This document shows, in pieces, positions 47,705-56,636 of a DNA stretch of 56,796 nucleotides. Positions within the stretch are counted from its first letter, which is position 1, and each line of letters begins with the position of its first letter. Source of the DNA: a virus (Duplodnaviria; Caudoviricetes); the IMG/VR virus record IMGVR_UViG_3300022934_000023, positions 1 through 56,796 of that record; one strand, written 5' to 3'. Under the pieces are notes generated by a model. It was not told where the DNA came from, ran no database searches, and was given only the letters and a program-made list of their open reading frames with translations. The translations under genes and the position numbers were made by a program.

Positions 47705-49819
47705 ATGGCTGACAACTTTCTGGAACCGGCTGACGATACAGCAGTTCCGCTAGAAAACCCGGAAGAACAGTTTCCGGGCCTAGCGGCGTACGTCAGGGGT
47801 AAATTTGAAGACGCAGAGAACGGACGTTTCTCGTACGAACAGCGATGGTTGCAAGCGTACAAGAACTTCCGTGGCATCTACGATACAACTACACAGTACC
47901 GTGATTCTGAGCGGTCAAAGGTGTTCATCAAGATCACCAAAACCAAGGTGCTGGCAGCATACGGTCAGATCGTAGACATTCTGTTTGCTAACAAGAAGTT
48001 TCCGATGGTTGTTGAGCCGACTCCCGTACCGGAAGGTATCGCGGAGTTTGCACACCTTGAGACTCCGCTGGATCAGATGGTAGAAGACCCGTACGGCTAC
48101 GCAGGCGACGGGCGAGAAATGCCGTTTGGTGCAACAGAGGCAACTCCGTCTATGGACTTTCTTGGTGGGTTGCAGCAGCGATACGCTAATGCACCTATCC
48201 AACCCGGTCCTGCCCTCATGGGCGAACCCCAGATCAGTCCGGCTCAAAAGGCTGCACTGAACATGGAGAAGCAAATCCATGACCAACTCCTTGACACAAG
48301 TGCTGTTAATGTTCTTCGATCTTCTATCTTTGAGTCCGCACTTCTGGGAACTGGTATTGTAAAGGGTCCGTTCAATCACTACAAGCGAATCCACAAGTGG
48401 CAGTCGGGTCCGGAGGGTCGGCAGTACGTTCCCTACGAAAAGGTAGTTCCACGTATTGAACACGTATCTCCGTGGGACTTTCATCCCGATCCGTCTGCAA
48501 CAAACGTAGACGACTGTGAGTACGTTATTCAACGTCACCGCATGAATCGACAGCAGCTTCGTGGGCTGATTGCACAACCGTATTTCTACAAAGATGCAAT
48601 CGAAGAATGCCTTGCAAAAGGCCCGAACTACGAAGACAAGTACTACGAAGATACCATCCGTGAGGATGAGACTGAGCCGTACTATCAGGGCAATCGCTAC
48701 GAAGTACTAGAATACTGGGGTGTTATTGACTCCAAGATGGCCGATGAGGCAGGTCTAGACGTAGCTGACAGCATGGATGAGTTCGATCAGGTTCAGGTCA
48801 ACATCTGGATTTGTGGCACAATGGTGCTGCGCTGCGTTCTCAACCCGTTTACACCTGCACGCATTCCCTACCAAGTGTTCCCGTACGAGATCAACCCCTA
48901 TCAAATCTGGGGCGTTGGTATTGCTGAGAACATGGAAGACGCGCAGATGTTGATGAACGGCCACGTTCGTATGGCTATCGACAACCTTGCTCTTGCTGGC
49001 AACCTCGTATTCGACGTGGACGAAGCATCTCTTGTGCCGGGACAGAACATGGATATCTTCCCCGGTAAGATATTCCGTCGTCAGTCGGGCGTCACTGGTA
49101 CAGCAATCAACGGTCTCAAGTTTCCTAACACGGCACCTGAGAACATCCAGATGTACCAGATCAGCCGTCAGCTTGCAGACGAAGAGACAGGTCTGCCATC
49201 CATCATGCACGGACAGACGGGCGTAGCAGGCACAGGACGCACAGCATCCGGCCTCTCTATGCTGCTTGGCGGTGCAAGCCTGTCACTCAAGACGGTAATC
49301 AAGAACATTGACGACAGCCTTCTCAAGCCGCTTGGTGAGGCGTATTTCCAGTGGAACATGCAGTTCAACGATGACTCTCCTGACATCGAAGGCGACCTAG
49401 AGATCAAGCCACGCGGTGTAGCAGCCGTTATGCAAAAAGAAGTACGAAGTCAGCGTTTGACTACGCTGCTGCAAACGGTATCGAATCCGATGCTGGCACC
49501 GTTCATCAAGATTCCGAATCTGATGCGCGAACTCGCTATCGCACAGGACATTGATCCAGACAGTCTCGTCAACGATGTTAACGAGGCACAGATTTTCGCA
49601 GAGATGTTGAAGGGATTAGCCAATGCTCAACAAGAAGCAAGCCAGCAAGGTCAGCCAACTGGTGACCAACAAGGAAGCGTGGGACAGTCTGGAGGAGTAC
49701 CTCCGGGAGCAAATCCAGATGACGCTTCGGGCGTTGGTGGCGGCACAATCGGAACTGGAAGTGTTCCGGCTGCAGGGGAAAATAACTTCACTGGAACAGA
49801 TCAAGGGGCTGAAGGCTGA
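47705..49819 (+). CDS. Portal protein
   Basis: TKTKVLAAYGQ, GTGI.KGP, RTASG.SML; size and position. Confidence 0.88.
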   Translation: MADNFLEPADDTAVPLENPEEQFPGLAAYVRGKFEDAENGRFSYEQRWLQAYKNFRGIYDTTTQYRDSERSKVFIKITKTKVLAAYGQIVDILFANKKFPMVVEPTPVPEGIAEFAHLETPLDQMVEDPYGYAGDGREMPFGATEATPSMDFLGGLQQRYANAPIQPGPALMGEPQISPAQKAALNMEKQIHDQLLDTSAVNVLRSSIFESALLGTGIVKGPFNHYKRIHKWQSGPEGRQYVPYEKVVPRIEHVSPWDFHPDPSATNVDDCEYVIQRHRMNRQQLRGLIAQPYFYKDAIEECLAKGPNYEDKYYEDTIREDETEPYYQGNRYEVLEYWGVIDSKMADEAGLDVADSMDEFDQVQVNIWICGTMVLRCVLNPFTPARIPYQVFPYEINPYQIWGVGIAENMEDAQMLMNGHVRMAIDNLALAGNLVFDVDEASLVPGQNMDIFPGKIFRRQSGVTGTAINGLKFPNTAPENIQMYQISRQLADEETGLPSIMHGQTGVAGTGRTASGLSMLLGGASLSLKTVIKNIDDSLLKPLGEAYFQWNMQFNDDSPDIEGDLEIKPRGVAAVMQKEVRSQRLTTLLQTVSNPMLAPFIKIPNLMRELAIAQDIDPDSLVNDVNEAQIFAEMLKGLANAQQEASQQGQPTGDQQGSVGQSGGVPPGANPDDASGVGGGTIGTGSVPAAGENNFTGTDQGAEG

Positions 49820-49853
49820 CTACGAAGCAGCGGTGAGTATGCGAGATGAATGA
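49623..49853 (+). CDS. Small post-portal helical protein overlapping portal end
   Basis: W..L..Y...E..RLQG motif; coupled to next gene. Confidence 0.65.
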   Translation: MLNKKQASKVSQLVTNKEAWDSLEEYLREQIQMTLRALVAAQSELEVFRLQGKITSLEQIKGLKADYEAAVSMRDE

Positions 49854-51756
49854 AATAGTTCAAGGCTACATATCGACAGTCCTGACAGAGAGAGCGACAG
49901 GGGCACCTAGTCCGTACGACCAAGACACGGGCATGAGTCGTAGCTTTCTTCCCTATCGGGGTACAGCACCGGCAAGTAGTCCTGCTGCCGCTGCAATCGC
50001 AGCAGCCTTTTCAGAACGAGACGACGCTGTCTACAGGGGAGACCTTGTTGTTACAGGAATAGGCACAGACGTTAGGGATCGCTTTGGAGGTATGCCTCGT
50101 AGTGTTACCGGAGCGATTTCTGGAACAGGTTTGGGTCCGTTTGCTGCACTGGGGGCAGCAATGTCGTCAAATAATCTCACTAGAATTCAAGAAAAACAGA
50201 GAGCCGGTGAAGAAGGCTATGCTGTCGGTATGCTTAACGGGCGTATTGTAGGCGTCTCCCCCGGAATAGGCGGTCCCGTGCTGTCAGGTATGTTGCCTGA
50301 AGGGATAAGCGTAAAGCAACGACAGAGCATTGCACAACAGCTTCTTGAGATGTCCGGATCAAGATTCCAGCCTGATGAAGGCATAGGAGGATCAGCAGCG
50401 GACAACCCTAACCTGAAGACCGGACGTACCTACTCTGAGACAAGATTCGGCGCAGGAACTTACGAAGGCGGGACAATCCCCCCTGACAGTATCAACCCCT
50501 CTGCGTTTGTCATGGGTATCCCCCCTGCAGGTGATCGAGGGGATGATCCATCAAGTATTAGGTTCATAAATATTGGGGCAGATCGTCCCGATCCTAACTA
50601 CCGTCCGTCTTTGAATACCTTTGACTATTATGGTGATCCCGGTGGCGACACGGGTCCGGCACCTACAGGCGGGGCAACGACTCCACGTGATGATTCTGAC
50701 AGAGATCAGCCTAGAAACGAGTATTCAATAGGGGGCGGTGGCAGCAACAATCCTGCGGACAGAGGCTACTCCATGATGGCTGATGGCGGTACTGTTCAAG
50801 GAACAGGCTTCGTTTCCGGCTCTCCTGACAACTATACCAAAGCACAGACAGTAGCCGATGACGAGAATCGTCAAGTGCGCGAAGGAGCATTTGTTCTTAA
50901 CGCGCCTACTACCGAAAAGCTTCAAAAAGCCGGACTGTTGCCTACCGGGGTTGACAATTCAGGTAAAAACACTACAATAAAAGCAAGCAAAGGTGGTTTG
51001 ATGGACGTAGCCCTGTCCAAGGGTGAGTACGTTATCGAACCCGAAGAAGCCCAGCGCATTGGGTACTCATTTCTCGAACAACTTAATAATGGTGGCAAGG
51101 CCGAAGTAGATCGTCGGCAAGCTGCTGCTGATGGCGGGTTCATCAAGGGTTACGCAGAAGGCGGAGAACTACCTCTTGCTAAGATTGAACTTAGCGACGC
51201 CACTAAAAACAAATTCAATACTTTTTTGAAGAGTCGTCGTCAACGTGCTGATGTTGAAAGGCTCATTGATAACATGGACGACAGAGAGCGTCTTGCTGTA
51301 CTGGCCTTGGCTGAAACAACTGCAGCTACTGACTCCGTCGAATCTATGATGGGCGTAGGTCAAACTGCTATTAACCGTGCGCGTACAAACCGTCCAAGCT
51401 TTTCTAAAGTAAACGATCTTGCATCTGTCATGAAGCAGCGATCATCTCGCGGCTCTGGAAGCAAGATGTTTCAGTACGACGGACTTGAACCCGGCATTCT
51501 TAGTAAGAGACTGAAAGAGGTAATGGAGGGACGTGTTCCGGGCGCGGTAACAAAGACGTTTTCTGCGGCAGATAATCTGTTAAATCCTGAAACAGAGTCT
51601 GACCCCGTATTACCATTTGATGTAATGTTTTACACAAAACCTAACGCACCACTAGCAAAGGATTTTGAAAAAAATCCTAAAATGCGTTTTGTTAAAAGTT
51701 ATGGAGGGCATGATTACTACGCTCTCGACGCGGCCCCAGAAGGGACTCGCAAGTAA
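49846..51756 (+). CDS. Virion protein with C-terminal SleB-like cell-wall hydrolase domain
   Basis: LAE...V....INR...FQY...FY...GGH.YY; xxxGG and LS.GEYV motifs. Confidence 0.65.
   Translation: MNEIVQGYISTVLTERATGAPSPYDQDTGMSRSFLPYRGTAPASSPAAAAIAAAFSERDDAVYRGDLVVTGIGTDVRDRFGGMPRSVTGAISGTGLGPFAALGAAMSSNNLTRIQEKQRAGEEGYAVGMLNGRIVGVSPGIGGPVLSGMLPEGISVKQRQSIAQQLLEMSGSRFQPDEGIGGSAADNPNLKTGRTYSETRFGAGTYEGGTIPPDSINPSAFVMGIPPAGDRGDDPSSIRFINIGADRPDPNYRPSLNTFDYYGDPGGDTGPAPTGGATTPRDDSDRDQPRNEYSIGGGGSNNPADRGYSMMADGGTVQGTGFVSGSPDNYTKAQTVADDENRQVREGAFVLNAPTTEKLQKAGLLPTGVDNSGKNTTIKASKGGLMDVALSKGEYVIEPEEAQRIGYSFLEQLNNGGKAEVDRRQAAADGGFIKGYAEGGELPLAKIELSDATKNKFNTFLKSRRQRADVERLIDNMDDRERLAVLALAETTAATDSVESMMGVGQTAINRARTNRPSFSKVNDLASVMKQRSSRGSGSKMFQYDGLEPGILSKRLKEVMEGRVPGAVTKTFSAADNLLNPETESDPVLPFDVMFYTKPNAPLAKDFEKNPKMRFVKSYGGHDYYALDAAPEGTRK
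50951..50978 (+). promoter_or_regulatory. Intragenic sigma70-type promoter
   Basis: TTGACA-16 bp-TACAAT. Confidence 0.55.
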
Positions 51757-51759
51757 TTA

Positions 51760-51834
51760 GTCAGCTACCCGCTACGTTCATTCGCGGCCCTGACACAACC
51801 GGAGCGGCTACCTACACGCCAAAGTAGCCCCGCT
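51760..51834 (+). promoter_or_regulatory. Twin-hairpin RNA element in scaffold leader
   Basis: Two hairpins with the same CUAC/CC internal loop, next to the GAGGT RBS. Confidence 0.6.
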
Positions 51835-51849
51835 AATGAGGTAAATAAA

Positions 51850-52728
51850 ATGGCAAAAAAAGTTCGCGGCCATCGTGCCAACAAACCCAACGATTCCTTT
51901 GGAACCATCGACAGTGACTCGCTCTACAAAGGTGCATACCGTAAAGAGGTATACCAAGACGACGACGAGGAAGCTGTAGAACAACAAGCGGAGCAATCCG
52001 AATCGGACGAGCAGTCCGAACCTAACTTTGCACAAGGGCAAGAGAAAGCGGAACACGATTACAAGAAGCGTTACGACGATCTCAAGAAGCACTACGATGC
52101 AAAGATTAGCGAGTTCAAGGCAAAAGAAGAAGAAATGACGGCGACCCTTACCCAAGCTACTCGCCAACAAAATATCTCGTTGCCCAAGTCACCTGAAGAA
52201 CTCGAAGCATTCAAGGAGCAGTACCCCGACGTATACGATGTCGTCGAGACTATTGCAACCATGAAAGCGGGAGAACGTGCAGGGGAACTGGAAAAGGAAC
52301 TCGAAACAATCCGCGAAAAGGAACAGAATACACGGGTTCAAGCGGCATACCAAGAACTTACAAACAAACATCCGGACTTTAATGAACTACGTACGGATGA
52401 GCGTTTTCTCCAGTGGCTCGAAGAACAGCCCGAGAACATCTCAGACGGCATCCTGAAGAACAACACTGACGCCCGTTGGGCATCTCGCGTTCTTGACCTT
52501 TACAAGGTCGATGCTGGCATCACTACTAAGAAACGTACCAAGAAGAGTGAGTCTGCTGCAGCGGCTGTAAACTCTCCCAAGGCACGTGACATTACGGGTG
52601 AAGCAAGGGGTGGTGATCGGATTTGGAAAGCCTCTGAAATCGGCAAGATGAAACCTTGGCAGTTCGAAGAAATGGAAGCAGAACTGGACAAGGCTCGTGC
52701 CGAAGGTCGTATTGACTACAACAACTAA
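51850..52728 (+). CDS. Capsid scaffolding protein
   Basis: YKKRY.DLK.H, coiled coil, C-terminal A..EGRI; precedes MCP. Confidence 0.8.
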   Translation: MAKKVRGHRANKPNDSFGTIDSDSLYKGAYRKEVYQDDDEEAVEQQAEQSESDEQSEPNFAQGQEKAEHDYKKRYDDLKKHYDAKISEFKAKEEEMTATLTQATRQQNISLPKSPEELEAFKEQYPDVYDVVETIATMKAGERAGELEKELETIREKEQNTRVQAAYQELTNKHPDFNELRTDERFLQWLEEQPENISDGILKNNTDARWASRVLDLYKVDAGITTKKRTKKSESAAAAVNSPKARDITGEARGGDRIWKASEIGKMKPWQFEEMEAELDKARAEGRIDYNN

Positions 52729-52758
52729 ACTAAACCTCAACAAAGGAAGGAAAGACCC

Positions 52759-53709
52759 ATGGCTTTTGATAGTGCATCAGGTTACAACAACCTGCCTTCC
52801 GGTAACTTTACTCCGGAAATCTTTAGTCAAAAGGTTCTCAAGTTCTTCCGTCGCGCTTCGGTTGCTGAAGACATCACGAATACCGACTACGCTGGCGAAA
52901 TCGAGAACTACGGTGATACCGTCCGTATCATCAAAGAACCTACAATCACCGTTTCTAGCTACTCCCGTGGCTCGGTGGTAAACCCGCAAGACCTCGCTGA
53001 CGATCAGACCACTATGGTTGTAGATCAGGCGAATGCTTTTGCGTTCAAGATTGACGACATTGAAGAGCGTCAGTCCCACGTCAACTTCGAGGCTCTGGCC
53101 ACTTCTTCGGGTGCATACTCGCTGAAGCGTAAGTACGACGGTAACATCCTGACCGCCATGTTCGATGGCGCAGGTCTCTCGTCTGAGTCGGGTGCAGCCA
53201 CCGAGACCATCACTGGTCTGGGTACGCTTGCTTCCCCGCTGACTTCGCAGACTGGCGACAACCTCGTCAACCTGATGCTCAAGATGGCACGTGCCCTCGA
53301 CGATCAGTCGGTTCCGGAAGAGAACCGTTGGTTTGTTGCAGCACCGGCCTTCTACGAGAAGCTGTTTGGCGCAGGTGCCAAGTTTGCAGAGGTACAGGTC
53401 ACTGGTGACGGCACTTCGCCGCTGCGTAACGGCCTCGTTATGCAGGGCAACATTGCTGGCTTCAATTGCTACAAGTCCACTGCAATGAATGCTGCTGGTA
53501 CTGACACCGTTGACGTAACTGGTCTGGGTGCGGGTGAATTCCCGATCCTTGCTGGTCACATGTCCTCGACTGCAACTGCTTCGCACATCGCGAAGACTGA
53601 AGTTGTACGTTCCACCGAAACCTTTAGCGACATCGTTCGTGGTCTCCATGTGTTTGGACGTAAAGTCCTTCGCCCGGAAGCCCTCGTTCGTGGCGTTATC
53701 TCACTGTAG
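52759..53709 (+). CDS. Major capsid protein
   Basis: NF.PEI.S, Y.GEI...GDTV.I, F.D.VRGLHV.G.KV.RPE; biased codon use. Confidence 0.9.
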   Translation: MAFDSASGYNNLPSGNFTPEIFSQKVLKFFRRASVAEDITNTDYAGEIENYGDTVRIIKEPTITVSSYSRGSVVNPQDLADDQTTMVVDQANAFAFKIDDIEERQSHVNFEALATSSGAYSLKRKYDGNILTAMFDGAGLSSESGAATETITGLGTLASPLTSQTGDNLVNLMLKMARALDDQSVPEENRWFVAAPAFYEKLFGAGAKFAEVQVTGDGTSPLRNGLVMQGNIAGFNCYKSTAMNAAGTDTVDVTGLGAGEFPILAGHMSSTATASHIAKTEVVRSTETFSDIVRGLHVFGRKVLRPEALVRGVISL

Positions 53710-53721
53710 AGGGAGGCTTAA

Positions 53722-54150
53722 ATGGCTACTTACCAATCTTCTGCCGTTACTGCACAGAGTGCTGGCATCCCTGCTGGTGGCGGCGCACACGTCGCTGTCG
53801 TTAAGCTGGACTTCTCGTCTACCAATCTTGGTACGTCCGAGTCCATCGACGTGATGCACGTCCCTGCAGACACCATCGTTCTGAACGCCTACTTGGAAGT
53901 TCTGACTGCTGGTGCCGGTGATCTCGACTTGGGTGACGATACCGACCCGAACCGCTACGTAGCTGCCTACGACGGTTCTGGTGCAGGCGTTGCTCCGGCT
54001 GCAGGCACCGCAGGTGGATTCCTGTATAACGCTGCTGATCATATCGTTATGACTAACGGTTCGACTGATGCGTTCACAGGTGTTGTTAAAGTTGTCGCAG
54101 TTATGACTCCGGTCCCTGCTGATCCGGCAACTGCCGCAACCTTCGCCTAA
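53722..54150 (+). CDS. Putative capsid decoration protein
   Basis: Follows MCP, GGGAGG RBS, beta-rich, similar codon bias. Confidence 0.6.
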   Translation: MATYQSSAVTAQSAGIPAGGGAHVAVVKLDFSSTNLGTSESIDVMHVPADTIVLNAYLEVLTAGAGDLDLGDDTDPNRYVAAYDGSGAGVAPAAGTAGGFLYNAADHIVMTNGSTDAFTGVVKVVAVMTPVPADPATAATFA

Positions 54151-54162
54151 CCAACCTGTCGG

Positions 54163-54191
54163 GGGGGCCACGTGCCCCCTTGACACCCTTT
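54163..54191 (+). terminator. Possible terminator after capsid genes
   Basis: GGGGGC-CACGT-GCCCCC hairpin; U tract interrupted. Confidence 0.5.
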
Positions 54192-54208
54192 TAATTATGT
54201 GATAAAAG
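54180..54208 (+). promoter_or_regulatory. sigma70-type promoter for lysis region
   Basis: TTGACA-17 bp-TAAAAG with TG extension. Confidence 0.55.
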
Positions 54209-54235
54209 CAGGAACCTCCTGCGGGGATAAACCAT

Positions 54236-54520
54236 ATGGCCCGTAAAGCCGACAAGATGCCAGCCCGTAACAAGAAGAACTTTCGCCCCACCAAGAAGGG
54301 TGCGGGTATGACCGAAGCTGGGGTCAAGGCTTACCGCAAAAAGAATCCCGGTTCCAAACTCAAGACTGCAGTCACCGGCAAAGTGAAGCCCGGAAGCAAA
54401 GACGCAAAGCGACGTAAGTCGTTCTGTGCCCGTTCTGCAGGACAGATGAAGAAGTTTCCCAAAGCAGCAAAGAATCCGAATAGCCGCCTTAGACAGGCTC
54501 GGAAGAGGTGGAAATGCTAA
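54236..54520 (+). CDS. Small Lys/Arg-rich protein
   Basis: G.T..G...Y...NPGS.L, RRKSFCAR, RWKC. Confidence 0.8.
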   Translation: MARKADKMPARNKKNFRPTKKGAGMTEAGVKAYRKKNPGSKLKTAVTGKVKPGSKDAKRRKSFCARSAGQMKKFPKAAKNPNSRLRQARKRWKC

Positions 54521-54897
54521 CTGCATTGATTGGCCCTATCTCGCAACTTGCGGGTACGTGGCTCGAAGGAAAGGTTGAAAAGACCAAAGCCGAAACCGGT
54601 GCGAAGGTTGCCAAAGCAAAAGCCGAAGCAACCATCATGGAAAAGAAAGCTACCGGTGAAATCGACTGGGACTTGGAAGCTATCAAGGGAAGCCAATCCT
54701 CGTGGAAAGACGAGTGGTTGGTTATTTTGTTTTCGGTACCCTTGATTCTTGCGTTCATCCCCGGAATGGAAGGTGTCGTAGCTAACGGCTTTGCACAGCT
54801 AGATGCGATGCCCGAATGGTATCAGTATTCGCTCGGTGTAATCGTTGCCGCATCCTTTGGCGTTCGTAGCGCAACTAAGTTCTTTGGAAAGAAATAA
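54514..54897 (+). CDS. Putative holin-like membrane protein
   Basis: SWKDEW, P.WY, ASFG; TM helices; near lysozyme. Confidence 0.65.
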   Translation: MLTALIGPISQLAGTWLEGKVEKTKAETGAKVAKAKAEATIMEKKATGEIDWDLEAIKGSQSSWKDEWLVILFSVPLILAFIPGMEGVVANGFAQLDAMPEWYQYSLGVIVAASFGVRSATKFFGKK

Positions 54898-54899
54898 CT

Positions 54900-55109
54900 A
54901 TGGCAGAGATGACCTTCGAACGCATTGCGCAGTGGAAGCTTCTTCCCCGCTTTATGATGTTGATAATGACTCTGATGTCGTGGCGTTGTGCAGAGTGGTT
55001 TATGAACTTGGACGCCCCAACAGCTTCACAGTCCGCCTTTGTGAGCGTTGTGATGGGTGCTATGACCGGTGCGTTTGGCATCTGGATGGGCGGAGAGAAT
55101 AAAAAATGA
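54900..55109 (+). CDS. Small two-TM protein (holin-like)
   Basis: W...PR, WFM.L..PT..Q; directly before lysozyme. Confidence 0.6.
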   Translation: MAEMTFERIAQWKLLPRFMMLIMTLMSWRCAEWFMNLDAPTASQSAFVSVVMGAMTGAFGIWMGGENKK

Positions 55110-55591
55110 AATATAACACATCGCATTTTCTCGACAAGCTGATTGCACACGAGGGCATGGTCCTCACTGTGTATCAGGACACTCTCGGCATCGACACTAT
55201 TGGTATCGGGCGCAATTTAAAAGACCGAGGGATCAGTAAAGAAGAACTCGATTACATGGACATTCCGTCGATGGCTATTGTGTACGAACACGGTATCACG
55301 GAAGCGGATGCACGTTATCTTGCCATGAACGACATCAAGATCGTAGAGGACGAACTGTGCCGCGTACATCCGTGCGTCAACGACCTCGACGCGGTACGTC
55401 AGCTAATCTTGATGGACATGGCCTTCAATATGGGTGTGCCACGCCTCTGTAAATTCAAAAACATGTGGAGTGCGATACACGAACAGAAGTTCGACATCGC
55501 AGCCGCAGAGATGCTCGACTCCCGTTGGGCGACACAGGTAGGTTCGCGGGCTGTTAAGCTTTCGGACGCAATGAAGAAGGGAGAGTTTTGA
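55106..55591 (+). CDS. Endolysin, GH24 / T4-lysozyme-like
   Basis: HEG....Y.D..G..TIG.G; M.FNMG; AA.EMLDS.W..QV..RA. Confidence 0.9.
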   Translation: MKYNTSHFLDKLIAHEGMVLTVYQDTLGIDTIGIGRNLKDRGISKEELDYMDIPSMAIVYEHGITEADARYLAMNDIKIVEDELCRVHPCVNDLDAVRQLILMDMAFNMGVPRLCKFKNMWSAIHEQKFDIAAAEMLDSRWATQVGSRAVKLSDAMKKGEF

Positions 55592-55953
55592 TGCCTTTAA
55601 CGGATAAAGGCAAAAAGATCATGTCTTCAATGAAACGTACCTACGGGGGCCGTAAGGGTGAGCAAGTCTTCTACGCAACACGCAACGCCGGAAAGATTGA
55701 AGGCGTGGAGAAAGAACAAGAACTCAAGAAGGGTGGCCGGGTTAGAAAAGCTAGCAAATCGTCGAAGCCTAAAGCGAAGAGCAAGAGTCGAGTTAATGAA
55801 GCTGGCAACTACACTAAGCCCGGAATGAGAAAGCGTCTGTTCGAACGTATCAAGGCGGGTTCGAAGGGCGGCAAGCCGGGGCAGTGGTCAGCACGTAAAG
55901 CCCAGATGCTAGCACAACAGTATAAAAAAGCAGGAGGCGGTTACCGCGACTAG
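55591..55953 (+). CDS. Lys/Arg-rich protein
   Basis: MPLT.KG.KI; GG.PGQWSARKAQ.L...YK..GGGY. Confidence 0.75.
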   Translation: MPLTDKGKKIMSSMKRTYGGRKGEQVFYATRNAGKIEGVEKEQELKKGGRVRKASKSSKPKAKSKSRVNEAGNYTKPGMRKRLFERIKAGSKGGKPGQWSARKAQMLAQQYKKAGGGYRD

Positions 55954-55955
55954 CA

Positions 55956-56144
55956 ATGATGCACGTCTTTCTCCTGTTTGTTTTCTTGGGAACGGGAGAA
56001 GACAAGCGAAGAGTCAGCAACGACATGTATTTTCGCGACCTAAATGAATGCGTGTGGTACGCACAAAAACTCCACAAACAAGGAAACGAGGTTACGGCGT
56101 ACTGCCTACCCAAACTGGTCGATAAAGATACGAAGGTATACTGA
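55956..56144 (+). CDS. Small hypothetical protein
   Basis: F.....C..YA.......AYC.P pattern; in operon. Confidence 0.65.
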   Translation: MMHVFLLFVFLGTGEDKRRVSNDMYFRDLNECVWYAQKLHKQGNEVTAYCLPKLVDKDTKVY

Positions 56145-56145
56145 G

Positions 56146-56577
56146 ATGCTTGCTGAACTCGCTGCTGCCAACGCCGCCTTTGCTGTAATCAAAACTGCTG
56201 TTCAGAATGGAAAAGACATTGCTTCCGCAGGTCATGCTATTGCAGAGTTCGTTGGCGCGAAGGAAGCCTTACAGAAGAAATCCCAAAAAAAGGGCAATAG
56301 TTCGGACCTTGAAGAGTTTATGGCCCTCGAACAGATTCGAGAACAAGAAGAGCAACTCAAGACCATAATGATTTATGCGGGTCGTCCGGGTTTGTGGGGT
56401 GACTGGCAAAAGTTTCAAGCCAAAGCGCGGGTCGCCCGGAGAGAAGCGGAAGAGGCGGCAATTCGTAAGCGCAAGCAGATGCTCGACATCGCCATTGTTA
56501 CCTTCTTCTTTGTCTTGGGTTTGGTTATTTTGGGCTGTATCGTTGCCCTCGCTCTCCACTCACAGGGACGCCTCTAG
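56146..56577 (+). CDS. Variant copy of 136-567 protein
   Basis: Same length, highly similar protein. Confidence 0.8.
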   Translation: MLAELAAANAAFAVIKTAVQNGKDIASAGHAIAEFVGAKEALQKKSQKKGNSSDLEEFMALEQIREQEEQLKTIMIYAGRPGLWGDWQKFQAKARVARREAEEAAIRKRKQMLDIAIVTFFFVLGLVILGCIVALALHSQGRL

Positions 56578-56636
56578 TTTTTTTCTTGTAAACTCTGGGT
56601 AACTGTGCTATAATAGGGTTATTTACGGAGAGTTGC

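Noticed and set aside
53690-53724. MCP readthrough or frameshift into the next gene
   Set aside because: An in-frame TAA follows the TAG; no slippery site; the next gene has its own strong RBS
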